Part shown: in pieces, positions 1 through 13,780 of the stretch | Numbering within the stretch: position 1 is the stretch's first letter | Layout: every line of letters starts with the position of its first letter | From: Lama guanicoe | Taxonomy: Eukaryota | DNA length: 64,000 nt | Direction of reading: 5' to 3' | NCBI GenBank assembly: GCA_013239625.1 | Contig: MU056000.1 | Span: forward strand, 12,041,175 to 12,105,174 | Program-made: the position numbers and the translations under genes | Notes under the pieces: generated by a model | Seen by the model: only the letters and a program-made list of their open reading frames with translations | What the model was told of the DNA's origin: nothing | Databases searched by the model: none

Positions 1-1847
1 AAGTCTTACATGCAGAGAACTATAAAACACTGATAAAGGGAATTAAAGATTATTTAAAGAAATTGAAAGATATCACATGCTTTTGTATTGGAAGAATTGT
101 TAAAATGGCCATACCACCCAAAGCAATCTACAGATTTAATGAGATCCCTATCAAATTACCCAGGACATTTTTCACAGAACTAGAACAAATAATCCTAAAA
201 TATATATGGAATCACAAAAGACTCAGAATTGGAAAGCAATACTGAAGAAAAAGAAGGAAGCTAGAGGCATAACCCTCCCAGACTTCAGACAATACTGCAG
301 AGCTACAGTCATCAAAACAGCATGGTCCTGGCACAAAAACAGACATATGGATCAATGGAACAGACTAGAGAGCTCAGAAAAAATACCAAACATCTACAGT
401 CAATTAATCTTCAACAAAAGAGGCAAGAATATACAATGGAGAAAAGACAGTCTCTTTGGCAAGTGGTGTCAGGAAAGCTGGACAGCAACATGTATATCAA
501 TGAAGTTAGAACACTCCCTCACATCACACACAAAAATAAACTCAGAATGGCTTAAAGACTCAACATAAGACTTACATATAACACAGGACACCATAAATCT
601 CCTAGAAGAAAACACAGGTAAAATATTCTCTAACACAAACTGCAGCAATGTTTTCCTAGGTCAGTCTACCAAGGCAATAGAAATAAAAGTGAAAATAAAC
701 AAATGGGACCTAATTAAACTTATACACTTTTGCACAGCAAAGAAAACCATATGCAAAATGAAAAGACAACCTACAGACTGGGAGAAAATATTTGCAAACA
801 ATGCAACTGATAAGGGCCTAACTTCTAGAATATACAAACAGCTCATACAATTCAATAACAAGAAAACAGACAACCCAATCAAAAGATGGGCAGTAGACTT
901 AAACAGGCATTTCTCCAAAGACAGACAGACAGTTGGCCAAAAGGCACATGGAAAAATGCTTGATGTCACTAATTATCAGAGAAATGCAAATCAAAAGAAC
1001 AATGAAGTATCATCTCACACTGGTCAGAATGGCCATCATTAAAAAGTCCACAAATAATAAATGGTGGAGAGGGTATGGAGAAAAGGGAACCCTCCTACAC
1101 TGCTGGTGGGAATGTAAATTTGGTGCAGTCACTATGGTAAACAGTACGGAGATTCCTTAAAAACTCAAAGTAGACTTATGATGTGCTCCAGCAATCCCAC
1201 TCCTGGGCATATATCCAGAGAAAACTCTAATGCAAAAGATATATGCATTCCAATGTTCACAGCAGCACTATTTACAACAGCCAAGACATGGAAACAACCT
1301 AAATGCCCATCAACAGATGAATGGATAAAGATGTGGTTTACATATACAACGGAATACTACTCAGCCATAAAAAAGAGTGAAACAATGCCATTTGCAGCAA
1401 CACGGATGGACCTAGAGATTATCATACTAAGTGAAGTAAATCAGACAAAGGAAGATAAATAATATATCAGTTACACGTGGAATCTTTAAAAAATGACACA
1501 AATGAACTTATTTATGAAACAGAAACAGACTCACAGACATAGAAAACAAACATGGTTACCAAAGGGAAAGGTGAGGGGCATAAATTAGGAGTCTGGGATG
1601 AGCAGATAAAAACCACTGTACACAAAATAGAGAAACAACAAGGTCTTACTGTAAACCACAGGGAATTATATTCAACAGCTTGTAATAACCTATAATGAAA
1701 AAATAGGAAAAGAATATAGATATAAATATAGATATAGATATAGATACAGATATAGATATAGATACAGATATATATAACTGAATCACTATGCTGTACACCA
1801 GAAACTAACACAACATTGTAAGTAACTATACTTCAACTTAAAAAAAA
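1..1847 (+). mobile_element. LINE-1 3' portion (degenerate ORF2 C-terminal region, 3' UTR, A-tail); runs off the window start
   Basis: Frameshifted ORF pieces match L1 ORF2 ([73 protein letters not shown]). Followed by an L1 3' UTR ending GAAACTAACACAACATTGTAA...AAAAAAAA. Antisense to RETREG1. Confidence 0.95.
1715..1775 (+). repeat. (TAGATA)n-like simple repeat inside the L1 3' UTR
   Basis: Imperfect tandem ATATAG units read directly. Confidence 0.8.
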
Positions 1848-4829
1848 GACATTCTGTGTTATTTAGCTGCTACTGGAAAGGTAAAGTTCTGCAAATCACC
1901 ATGGGCACTTTCTTTAACAAGCTGTGTCCAATTTCTAGATCCCAGGGTGATGACTGCTTTAAAAATACCACATTACCCAGCTGACTCATGTTCAGCTTGT
2001 GATAATTACAACACGGATGATTTCTGGCCATGTTTGCATGGCATTGTTTCTGATTCATTTTTCTACTGGATAAGCTTTGTCTATTTGCTTTTTTCTAACT
2101 GCTTTTATTTCTTCTGCACTTTCTTCTCTTATTGTCTGGGTCGGTTACATTATTTTGAATTTTAATCTAGTTTTCAAGTTACCAACTGCCACAGCCCACT
2201 TGGTATTGTCGGGATGGTTTATAGCACTTTCTCTCCCCTGTTATCTGGGTCAGCTAAGAAATTAGACCCAATCCACACATTCAGAGACGAAGGAGGGTGT
2301 AAGGAAAACAGGCAAGGGTCCAGAGAAAACCTGAAAGACTATAAGGGTCAACCCTCTCCTAAAGGTTAAAAAAAAAAAAAGAGGGGACTAGGGAATGCCT
2401 GAATTATGTCCATTTTGGAATGCACTGTGATTTTAAATAGAAAAATTTCCTATCAAATTATGGCTTTGACTAATATCAAATTAGCCTGCATTTGCTGCCC
2501 ATAAGCCACATACAGGAAAGCTGGGTCCTCACTCTATGAAGATGATCAACAAGGAAAAAGACAGGCTGGAAACGAAATTCCACGCAGGTAATCCATCGTC
2601 TCAGCTTTCTGTGCACGAATCACTCAGGACCGCAGCTCTTCCCTGTCCCTCTACTGGTCTCCAGCACTCTGGATGCGTGTGGGGCTCTGGGGGTGCCTGT
2701 TCGGGCTCGGGATTGGAGCAGTGGGGCCAGGCTGGCCAGAGCCTGAACGGGCCCTGGGCCATGTGGACAACTAACAAGATGGAAAAGGAGGTGGAGGCAC
2801 CACAGCAACCTTCTGTGGAACTCCACTCAGCGGCTAACTACAAATCTCTTTTAAAAAAAATATTTTCGTTGTCTATTCAATAAGGAAAAGATCACTAAAT
2901 CTTCCATTACTTCATGATGAGTTTTGCAAGGCCAAATTAAATAGCTCAACAGGATACATTTCTTATAAAGCAAAGAAAGGGAGAGTTTACAAAGGAAAGA
3001 GTGAAAACTTCTTTGGTCGTAGATGAAAAAGACAGTATTTAGTTCACCCCATGTGTAAAAATCTAACCCTTATTTCTGGGTAAAGCGTAATCCACTTTGT
3101 ACTACGAAATGAAAGGTGTCAACAGCTAAAATATACGTTTTTTTGTCTTCACAGAAAATCAGCCCGTGGACAAAAGCACTAGAACTGTCCGTAACTCTGA
3201 TGCAGGAATCAATGTGCAGTATTTGCTTTGTAGCTCTTTCAAAACAGAGGTCTAAGAAGGTTTCATGTTCCTTTACAGAGATATTTAGAACCATAGACTT
3301 TGCTACATGGAGTCCTTGGTGTACACTGGCTTTATTTAGTATTTTTGGTGGCTTTAAAAAAGAAGGGCCTCCTATGATTTATCCAGCATGATTCAAAATG
3401 CAGATCACATTTCGCTGGTAAATAATTCTGTCATCTTCTCAAGAGTTAGGCATACTAGCATCCACCTTCCTTAATATCACAAAATTCTGAATCACCACTA
3501 AAGTTAGCTTTAATTTTTTTTTTGGCCTTTATAAATACAGATTCCACAAAAATACTGTTTGACGGTGTTATGTAAAATTAAACTACACGCCATTAAGGGG
3601 AAAAATAGCACTGCCAAATAAACTATGACCCTCCAAACTGTAAGACGCATCCCAATTTCAAACCTGTTTAAAAGTGAAAGTATGTCAAGGAGAGGGGGGT
3701 TATATTTCTTATAAATCAACAAAATACATGGTTTTTAAATAATTTGGAAAGAAGAGGGTAATCATGCAAAGGAGTGAGATAATGACTCGATTAATGGCAA
3801 GTCAGAGACTAAATTAAACTCAGGAGTCTTTTTCCCAGAGAAGTACTTCTGTACTTGGGATGACCCAAAAAAAGTGAATGAAGAGCAAGAGAGGGAAGAA
3901 ACGAAGAAAAATAAAGAGGTGAGTTTCTTTGCACAGGGAGATGAGAAATTTTGGGATCTACCCATAGGCAGGGGTAGACTGTAGTGATCAGAAAGGGTCC
4001 ACTGCAGTGGAGGAGGGACTCGGACTGGCTCCCGCAGAAACCCGTGGTGATAATCCAGTGAATTCAGGGAATGTGCCCAGCTCAGCAAGGCCTGGTGGAG
4101 AAACCACAAGACAGTGTGGAGGAGCAGCGGGGAGTTTGTGTTCTTGAGCCTAGAGAGTGGGAGAAGCCAAGGGCATGGTTGGAGTAGAACCAAGTCCATT
4201 CGAGGTCAAGGCAAAGCAAAATCATGCCCACTCCACCCCAGCTCTGCCTTGGAATTGAGAAGAGCAGCAGGCGTATCAAGTCAGGAGCGCCGGGCGGTGC
4301 AATGGGCTCGTTAGCGCCACCTAGTCATACACAAGGCGTCTGTCCATCCACCTTGCCTGGCACCTGTCCCACGTGGTCACTGCTGACTTCCAAGCAGGGT
4401 GGGTGAGTCAGCCTGTACAGCCCATTTCAGCTGAGCTCCCAGTAAGTGAAATACTAACTCCCAGATTCAGTCACAGAAAGGAGCCAGAAGGAGAAAGGAG
4501 GTCAGATCAAAGTCATGCACTGCAACGGAGCACAGGAGAGTAAGAGGGACGAGGTGAAGGGCTGGGCACAGAGCAGGGACAGGGAAAACCAGAAGCAGAG
4601 AGGGGGAAAAGAAATAAATATGAAGTCAGGCAGCAGCTGTCATGGCAGCCCACTTGGCTTACAGGGGTTTTTACGCAAATAACAATGAGATATTCCGTGT
4701 ATTGGCCCAGTGGCATCTGCAGAGTTTGAAACATGGCCTCAACTTGCACAGTGGGTGAGAAACACCTCCACGTCCTCCTCCTGATGCCTTAGTATTTTCA
4801 TCGCTAAAGTGGGCACTGGCTAGATAAGT

Positions 4830-4960
4830 GCTTCCCCAAACTGACTGACCATCAGAATTACTCAGGACACTTTTTTTAAAACACCAATTCCTGGGCCCCA
4901 CCCTGAACCTAGGAGAGCAGAAACCTTGAGGTGAGGCACAGAAGTCTACATATTCAGAGC
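4830..4960. mobile_element. hAT-Charlie (MER5A-like) DNA transposon remnant
   Basis: CATCAGAATTACTCAGG...TTAAAACACCAATTCCTGGGCCCCACCC resembles the MER5A consensus as recalled; boundaries approximate. Confidence 0.5.
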
Positions 4961-5296
4961 CAGGAGAACAATGAACTGCAGTGATCTCCCCAGGCATTTC
5001 CAATTCAAGCATTCTCGGAGTCCATAAACCGTAAACCCAGAAGCAATGGCACACAACTGACCCAAATCCAAGCTGAACCTGGGGCCTCTTCCTTCACAAA
5101 TAAGTAAATGCACACACTGGGTACAAGACACAGCGGCAGGGGTTGAAGAGGCTTCTAAGGAGATTAGCTCTTCTTAGTAGAGGTGGTGGGCCAGACACAC
5201 AGTATTGAATTCAGAGAACCTTTATGGGCACATCCGAGAAAGAAGCTGCAGAGTCATGAGGATTTTCTATGCTAGAAACTTTCACATCTTCATCTC

Positions 5297-5559
5297 ATGT
5301 TGTTTATTGAAGTATAGTTGATTTACAGTATCATGTTAGTTTCAGGTGTACAGCAAAGTGATTCCATTATATACACTTTTTTCAGATTATTTTCCATTAT
5401 AGGTTATTACAAGATACTGAATAGAGTTCCTTGTGTTATACAGAAAATCCCTGTTGTGTGGCTGTTTCATGTGTAGCAGTTTATACCTGTTAATCCCACA
5501 CTCCTAATTTACCCCTCCCCCCACTTTCCCCTTTGGTAACCGTAAGTCTGTTTTCTACG
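5297..5559 (-). mobile_element. 5'-truncated L1 3' UTR inserted into a MIR-like element
   Basis: Reverse complement of the L1 3' UTR seen at ~1530-1840. Flanked by direct repeats TCTTCATCTC (5287-5296, 5560-5569). The flanks join into a MIR-like TCATCTCCTTTAATGCTCCTGCACAACCC. Confidence 0.85.
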
Positions 5560-8500
5560 TCTTCATCTCCTTTAATGCTCCTGCACAACCCGATGAAGTT
5601 GGCTATGTGGTAACTGTACACTCATAAATAGACTAGGTTGGAGCAGTGTGTCTAAAACCATGCAGCCCATATTGGAAAGGGTTGGGTCTTCTTGATTCCA
5701 AGTCCCCTGATCTATTTGTACACCATTTATGGAATCCCTTGGCATCCTGCTTTAACCAACCAATCTAAAACATTGGAATGTTCTAGAGAGCAGGGCTGAA
5801 AGAGCAACTGTCACATGGGCTTCTGCCTCTTACATGTCCATTCAGCTGGAGTCACTCATCAGCTCATCTCCACATTCCATTCAAGACCCCAGTCCAATCA
5901 CCTGGCCAGGGTCCCAAAAAGGAATTCAGCCACCCTGCAGTACCGAGACTGACAGCAGTGCCACCGTGTAGATGATCCTCTCCTTCCTCCATCTCCAACC
6001 CCAAAACCCGAGAACATGAGGAACTGGACCCCAGCCCCACAGCCTCCATGTGGCACCTGCCCCACCTTGGTTCTGTCCTGTTGGTCGGCCCGGTTCTCCA
6101 GGCCATCCCTACCCTGCCAAGGCTCTGCCTCCCTAGCTTCCAGTCAATCCCTTCCTAGAATGAACCTTGATCAGACCCTAGTAACACATTGTCCACAATC
6201 ATGGTCATATACAGATGGGCCTCCTGGAATGGCCATTCCCTGTCAAGATTTCACACAGCCCAGACCCTCTCCTCCCAGTCTGAGACCCCCACGTTCCAGA
6301 ACTAGGACTGGGGCCAAGTGTCTGGACCGAAGTGTGCACTCCAAGGTCTACCTCTACGTCAGATATTGTGGTCTCTCTGATCTTAAGTAGCCTGTTTGTT
6401 CCAGTCCACGCAGTTTCTTCAGTTTATTCAGCTGTCCAGCCTTGGTCTCTCTGCTCACCGAGTGCAGCGGCCGGAGAGAACGGCGGCTTTTCCAGCACAG
6501 GTAGGTCAGGGTGAACGAGCAGTTGGCCCTGTCCACCCCACGGGGCTGAGGTGTCCTAAAGCCACTCTGGTCAGCAGGGTTGACCCAGGGTCACCCTGTC
6601 TATGAACACGCCCCTCCAAGAACACGGGTGAGCGCCTCCCCACACAAACATTCCCTTAACACCAGGGACACCACATCCAGTAGTCGTCCCAGGAAAACAT
6701 CACCTGCTTTTCTTATTTGATGCCAAAATGTTCAAAAAACCACAGAATACCAAGAACTAGATGTGGACTCTTTTTGTCACAGTTTCCACAGATACATTCA
6801 GGTGGCAGGACAGTGGTGACACACACGGGTGTCTGTCCCTATGAAAGGCAACACCGGACAGGTCATTCAAAGCTGGAGATTATAATCCTGCTTGGTGTGG
6901 CTCCCCTGACCAACACAGGGTGGGAAATGTTTTCAAAGCCTGATCTTAAAAAGAAAAAAAGTGTGTGTGGCGTGTCCAGGCAATGTCCTTCTAAATGCTG
7001 GCAGAGGGGAGAATGGAGGCTGAAACTCCCAATGCTGGGGAGCCATGACCCTCGACACTCTGCCGCCAGACCTGAGACCAGGACAAAGAGCAGCAAACAT
7101 CCAGGCACCAGTGTTCTGCATTGGGAACACCCGCCCCAGGCCCACACGCCAGCGACCACTGTCCAGCTGGATTCTGATTGGCAGGGCCACCTCCAGGCCG
7201 GCGACTGTGTTGTACCATCCAGGCAGGAAAGCCTTTTTGGGTTCTTTCCTATGGGTCCAATTAGAAGAGAAAACAGAGATGGAGATGGAAGTATAGAGAG
7301 ACAAGATGTCTGTGCATCAGGGCACGAAGCAGGAGAAAGGACTGGCAGCTGCTCCATGGGCCCCTGTCTTCAAAATTCCCCAGACTGTGTTTCTGGAACA
7401 TTCCAAAGCGAGAGTAAACCTGGGATGAGAATGATTCTCTCTGGATGGCCCTCAATTATTCAGGGTCCCCCGCCTCCAGCCCAGGTCCTGAGACCTCCAG
7501 GCTCCCGCAGCAGGGTGTGAGGGGCCGGCCAGAGTGTCCGCTCTCCGCTCAGACGGAGGGGTGGGACACGCCGGCAGGAGAGCTGCTCCCACTGGAACCA
7601 TCCGTCCTGTTCAGGTGGACTAGTGGGACCTGCCCTCCGAGGTGCAAGCGAATTCACAGATCAGGCCTCCATCACCTATGAACTTACTTTAATTTGAAAT
7701 AATACTTTAGTGCCTTCTTGTGTTACATTTTGCGATTTTCAAAATAACTTTCAGTATATAGCACAAACAAGGAGTAAGAAAAAATGTAATAGGGCATTTT
7801 TAAGTGGGAAATTGTGATTCTGAAAAGGAACCGCAGGGCAGGGGCAGTGGCCTGAGCACGTTCACGGCGGGGGCGCTGCAGACAGGGGGTGGCGTGTCCA
7901 CAGGCCTGACTGCTGCTCTTACTGCTCTTGACAGAGGGGCCAACTGAAGCTCAGAAAGATTAAGTCCCTTAACTGGGTTCATCTTGCTAGAAGCTAGCTC
8001 ACCTCTAGTTCACCCCTCCTCCTTAGCCCCCCCCCCACACACATGCATATACTTGTCTGCCTCCGTGAGCATTTATTTCTACTCTATCTCAGGCTAAAAA
8101 GCAAGAGAGAACTTAAATGTCTACTATAGCACAGAACAAAAATTAAAAGGTAAGGAAATTGGCAAAGGGAAAATAAAGAACAGGTGGTTACTCGGGTTTA
8201 AGGTAGCCCACAAGAACTCAAACCGAGTTGCAATGCAAGAGGACAGCTGTAAATTTGGTCTGAGGTGACCTCTTGAGGGTCTGAGCCTCCTACTTCCTCA
8301 TCAGGAAGACCCCTCTTCACCCCGATGAGAGAAGACAAACCAACAGTGAACATTCCTTGTCTTCTTACTATGAAAGGAATCAATCCGTGGAACAGAGCCG
8401 GCAAGTAAGGGGGCAGCGAATGTCACAGGCGACCCCCCAGCTCCCTCTGAGAGCCGCAGTGATGATCTGTGAAACGCTGAGTCTCGGGGGGCGTCTATTT

Positions 8501-9399
8501 GCTTTTAATGCTTTTCACTGTTTGCCAAAAAGGAGCTCTAAGACAGGAAGCCAGGAGAATGGTGATTGGAAGTGTTACGGGGAGGAGCCAAGCACAGCCC
8601 GGTGATCACCCACGCTGTGAAATCCTGTGGGTAGCTAGAAGATGCCGGCTTCGCCCGCCGGTCTGCCCACTCCCCTGCCCCTGCGGGCACCCAGCACGGT
8701 GGCAGGAACAGCCCGACGACTCTCTAATTAAACAAGGGAGACAAAGCCGTCCCCCCACCGCGCGGCCCTAACCAGCCTCCAACGGAAAACACACGTCCTC
8801 CTGGGAATCCCACCCGAGGGTTTCAGGGCCAAACTAACTCTCCAAACAACAGGCGACACCCGTGAAAAACAGCGCAGGGAACAAGGGACAGGGAAACAGC
8901 TGACGTAATGAGCGGAGGGGACGGTTCCTCCTTAAGCGCCCCCAACGCGCCACTCAGCTTCTGTGTCTATCACATTCAAGGCTGAACATCAACAATAAAA
9001 GAAAATGCCTCAACCACAAACCAGTCCACAAGCACAGGGAGCCTTGGACAGAGGAGGATCCACATTTCAATCAGATGAGAAGGGACCTCGAGGTAAAACT
9101 GCTTACAGATGACAGAGACATGTCTTCAGTTCCTCAGTTACCTGTTAACAGGTCTTTTAAAAGTGACCCCAACTCTGCAGGCATCTACATCAGAACTTCG
9201 AATCTGCTTCAACCCAAAGGGGTTGGCTACTCTGATAAAGGAGAATGGGGGTTCCTTGGCAAAAGGCATTTTTTTGAAAAGCTTGGCAAAGGCACAAGAG
9301 TGAGTCAAGATAATGTCCCGGGGACAGTGGTCACACTCAGTAACCACACAGCCCTGAAAACCAGTCTCCTTGGCCAGCGGTGATCAGACTTGTCACCCC

Positions 9400-9625
9400 A
9401 CTGCTTTCCCAGCACTCATCTTGATTGCTACTTGTATATTCGCTGGTGTGTTCATTTGTTTCTCATTTGCTCCTCCTGACACCAAACCGTAAGCTCCATG
9501 ACAGAAGGCCCCCTTTCTCCTGTTCACCAATGTCACCCGCACACGAGGTCACTACCTGGCCAATCGCAGGTGCTGGATAAATGCGTCTGTGATTGTTGCT
9601 CATTCCATATTTGTTGAATGAATGA
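9400..9625 (+). mobile_element. L2 3' end remnant
   Basis: GTAAGCTCCATGACAGAAGG...CTGTTCACC...ACCTGGC and terminal TTGTTGAATGAATGA are typical of L2 tails; boundaries approximate. Confidence 0.55.
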
Positions 9626-11527
9626 GTCAATTAACGTAATTAAATAATCATGCATGTAATTAACGTACTCATTAATCATGAGCTCCCTACAGCACACTAT
9701 CAGAACAGCAACAGCTTGCCAAAACGGAAAAAAAAAAACACACACACACATGGGGAGCATGAAAATGTCTATAGTTTTTGGAGAACTTTTGAGAAGCAAA
9801 AACTTCTCATAACATGGATGGCCCTTGGACCTTGGCTTAGGTTAATTTGTATCTCTTTGAGGGAAGTCAGTCTGGCTCTCCGAACTTGCCACTGTGCTAA
9901 ATAAAGCCCTGTTGCAGTGATGTGGTTAATCAGGTCAAGGAGGATGGATGGTGCTCTGGCCAATGCAGGCGCCTCATCCCCGGAGGGTGGTTCAGGTCTA
10001 AGCCACCATGTTCACACCCACAGCCAATATGTGCCTGGGCTTCTTTCTAGACATCTGGGAGTTCCTCTAACTAGAAGGCAAAGATCATCACTGATATTCC
10101 GGGGACAATATCCAAGAATGGTTCTTTTGTTAACAGCCACGCTTTTGAATGCCGTAGGCACCTGGCAAGCAATCACGGGCTCACAAAGCCTTAAGACCTA
10201 CACCTGTCTGCACCAGCCGAGCTCCTAGGGGCAACATCAAAGCTGAAATCTTCAGTGATGTTATTAAAAGTCATAATTTCTACTGGAAATTATCAGTTTC
10301 CACTTTGATAAATGAAAGCTAGCATTCACTAACACATGTGGGTTAAAGAAACAGGAAAGCAGTTTACAGATCATGTGTTCCATTTCCACTGGATTATATA
10401 TTTTTTTAATCTATTCTAATGAACTTAGAATTTGAGCCAAAAGTGAAACTCTACTGTAAATATCTTTAAATATTTAGATATCATTTATAAGAAAATGGTT
10501 AAAAGTTTATAGGTACCACTTTTTCATAAACTATGATAGTAAACTGGTTAAAGTCCCTCACTAAAACCTTCTGACATTACACACGACATAACGAGGCAAA
10601 CTGTTGTTTTTAATTTACCCCAATGGTATCTGGAAATAAAATTCATAAAATGTACCAAGAAAATATATATTCGTTTCTAAAAAGATGAGTCAATAGAAGA
10701 AGTAAGGTTTCCATGTGACAGTCAATTCCCCAAGATATATCTATTCACAGTACGGGAATTGAACCGCAGGAGGAATTTCAGATAATGTCCCTTCCTCCAG
10801 CTTATGAGCCATTTCCTCCACTTACAAAGATGGCTTTGGATTTTATGCAACTCAAGAGCAACTGAGCCCAAAATGAGAGTCCACAAAGCCCTCTTCTGAC
10901 TCCTGGTGACATTCCCCTCTCAGGGTACTGGGGCTGGACAAGTCTGTAGCTGCTGTGGTCTTCTGTCCTAAACCCTGCTGTTTGGATAGATAGCTTTGGT
11001 CCTTACTTTTATACTTTATTTCCCATGAAAGCCTGAATTCTTTTAAACACTGGGTACCTGCATGTTTTTAGTTTGTGAACACCCTGTATTACGTGTACCA
11101 GCGACAGGCGAGCTGGAAGAGACGAAGTCTACAGCTCCTTCCAAGAAAGTTTATTAACAGCGAAAGAGCCCTTAAACTGTGTTTGATAACAAATGTAACT
11201 ATTAAAGCGACCATGTTGATGTTGATTTTAACAGATCTTGGTGGTATTTTAGCAAACTTATCAATCTGTAGTTCAGGAACATATAAAAATATTTCCTTTT
11301 AATAATGAATGCATTTCCAAGTGACAAGAATTCTCCCTATGAAAGGTCTCCCAGGATGGAGTTACCCTCATTGTTTGAAAGAAGGTGGTGTTCTGTAAGT
11401 TGGATGGCAAACATCTTGTTTTGAGTAGATGTGGTCAAACATAAGCCATTACTCCTGAGAGTGGGAGAAAGTCCCCTTTTGTCAAAGCGACTGTTACAAC
11501 CTCTGGTTCATTTGACAGAAGGTAAGA

Positions 11528-12323
11528 AGAATAGCCATCATTAAAAAGTCCACAAATGATAAATGCTGGAAAGGGTGTGGAGAAAAGAGAACACTCCTGC
11601 CCTGCTGGTAAGAATGTAGTTTGGTGCCATAATGAAAAGCAGTATGGAGATTCCATAAAAACTAAAACTAGAGTTACCCTATGATCCAACAATCCCACTC
11701 CTGGGCATATATCTGGAGAAAGCTCAAATTCAAGAAGATACATGCACCCCAGTGTTCAAAGCAGCACTATTTACAATAGCCAAGACATGGAAACAACCTA
11801 AATGTCCATTGACAGATGACTGGATAAAGAAGTTGTCATATAGGTATACAGTGGAATACTATTCAGCCATAAAAAATAAAATGGTGGTGCCATTTGCAGC
11901 AACATGGATGGACCTGGAGATCGTCATACTATGTGAAATAAGCCAGAAAGAGAAAGAAAAATATCATATGATATCACTTATATATGGACTCTAAAGAAAA
12001 TGACTCAAATGAACTTATTTACAAAACAGAAACTGGCTCACAGATACAGAAAACAAACTTATGGTTACCAGTGGGGGAAGGGGGTGGGAAGGGATAAATT
12101 GGGAGTTTGGGATTTGCAGACACTAACTGCTATATATAAAATAGACAAACAACAAGGTCCTACTGTGGAGCACAGGGAACTATATTCAATATCTTATAAT
12201 TGCCTATAATGAGAAAGAATATGAAAAGGAATACATATATATATGTATCACTGAATCACTATGCTGTATACCAGAAACTAACACAACATTGTAAACTGAC
12301 TATACTTCAATAAAAAAAAAAAA
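11528..12323 (+). mobile_element. 5'-truncated LINE-1 (ORF2 C-terminus, 3' UTR, poly(A))
   Basis: ORF 11752-11994 reads FKAALFTIAKTWKQPKCPLTDDWIKK...PFAATWMDLE. Colinear with 1026-1847. Ends CTTCAATAAAAAAAAAAAA. Confidence 0.95.
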
Positions 12324-13619
12324 GAAGAAGAAGGGAGAGTGCGTCTGGAGCACAGGCCTGAAGCTCACAGTGAGCTCACAGTTTCTGAGGGGCCTGGCAA
12401 TTCCTGGGGAGATCTAGACCCTCAAGATCCCCAAAGATGTGGTTAGATCAACTCAGTAGTGTCTCCATGCAGGCCTGTAAAATACGGGGCGAGCCTGCCC
12501 TCGGGAAGACCATGACTCCGCCTTCCTAAGTCTCCCCATGCTCACTGCTTCGACGCTGGGCGCTGTGCAGTTTTTAAAGGGGCTGCGTTGTCACCAGCTC
12601 ACTGTGGGGCCTTGGGACGCAATTTCTTCATCTACAAAAAGAAGTGGTTAAACTGGAGTGAAGATTTCCAGCCTTTTGCTTCATCCACCATCAACATGAA
12701 AGGTTTTAGCTGCTAACAAAATAAACAGCATGGCTGACTCGGTCAGACCTAGTGCAACTTGACCACAGAAATAAACCTCTTCACCAGCTGTCTGAAGTAC
12801 TGAAAGCAGATCAGGACCTCCAAAGAACTGGGAAGCTCGGGGTCCTAGATGATTTTCCTTTTACTCTTAGGGTCCTCGGTGACTTTCACAGATTCATGCT
12901 ATGGCTGACACCTGCTGGTCTGGATGCCCATCCAGGGGCTCAGTGCCACGCAGATCAGCAAAACAAACAAAAGTGCCAGTGTGGCTTTTTGGAAGCCGAC
13001 CAGCTGACAGCAGCACCTATGTAGCATTCAGCTCCAAACCAGACCTAGAACGTAAACAGTGACACTCCTGACACGATGCACCCTGGCCTGTGACAAGTCA
13101 GGACACTATTCGTTCTGAGCACTGTGCTAATGAGGTCAAGGAATGAATTCTCTCGGCCTTTCAGTTCAATTAAGCCCAGCCCAGCCTAGGATTGCAAGTT
13201 CCCACACAGGCAGGTCAGCTGCCAGGCCTGCCACCCACCCCACAGGGCACGACTCAGCCAAGCCCATGGGAGCCAGCCAGGGCAGCCTCCCTGCACGATT
13301 CCTGGGGGTGCTGCTCACGCACCTGTCTGTGCAAGTACCCCGTGGAGGCACGCGGAAGCCCTGTGTTCAGTTCCACCCACCTAGAGAATGGACCACCAGA
13401 GTCACAGGCAGCTTTTACCGGGCAAGTGGGCAAGCAAGGCAAAAAGAAATGCTTCAAGCTTGCCCTGAAGATCTAAAGCACGAGCTATAACAACACAGCA
13501 GACAGGCCGACTCCTCACCTAAATACTGGCAGTGATAAACCAATAGCTGGACCAACTACAGACCATCCACAAGAGACCGGGCACTGGGAGGACAGCCATC
13601 TGCTCAAATGCAGTGCTGG

Positions 13620-13780
13620 AAGCAAGCGAGAAAGGAGGGTGAGGCTTCAAAATTCAAGGGAAAATTACTCCCAGCCCAGAATTCTAAACCAAGCCAAGCC
13701 AGCAATCAACTGGCAGGGTGGGATAAAGATATTTTCTGCACACAAGTTCTCAAAACATGTACTTCCTCTACACTCTCTCA
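13620..13780 (+). mobile_element. Ancient L1/HAL1 ORF1 remnant
   Basis: ORF 13639-13890 contains ENYSQPRILNQAKPAINWQGGIKIFS, similar to the L1 ORF1p C-terminal motif FQPRILYPAKLSFKxEGEIKTF. Confidence 0.55.

Noticed and set aside
63..1462. ORFs as host genes or an active L1
   Set aside because: L1 ORF2 is split across frames by frameshifts and stops, so it is non-functional.
6717..7520. 267-aa plus-strand ORF
   Set aside because: No recognisable domain or homology and no supporting exon structure; likely a chance ORF in intronic DNA.
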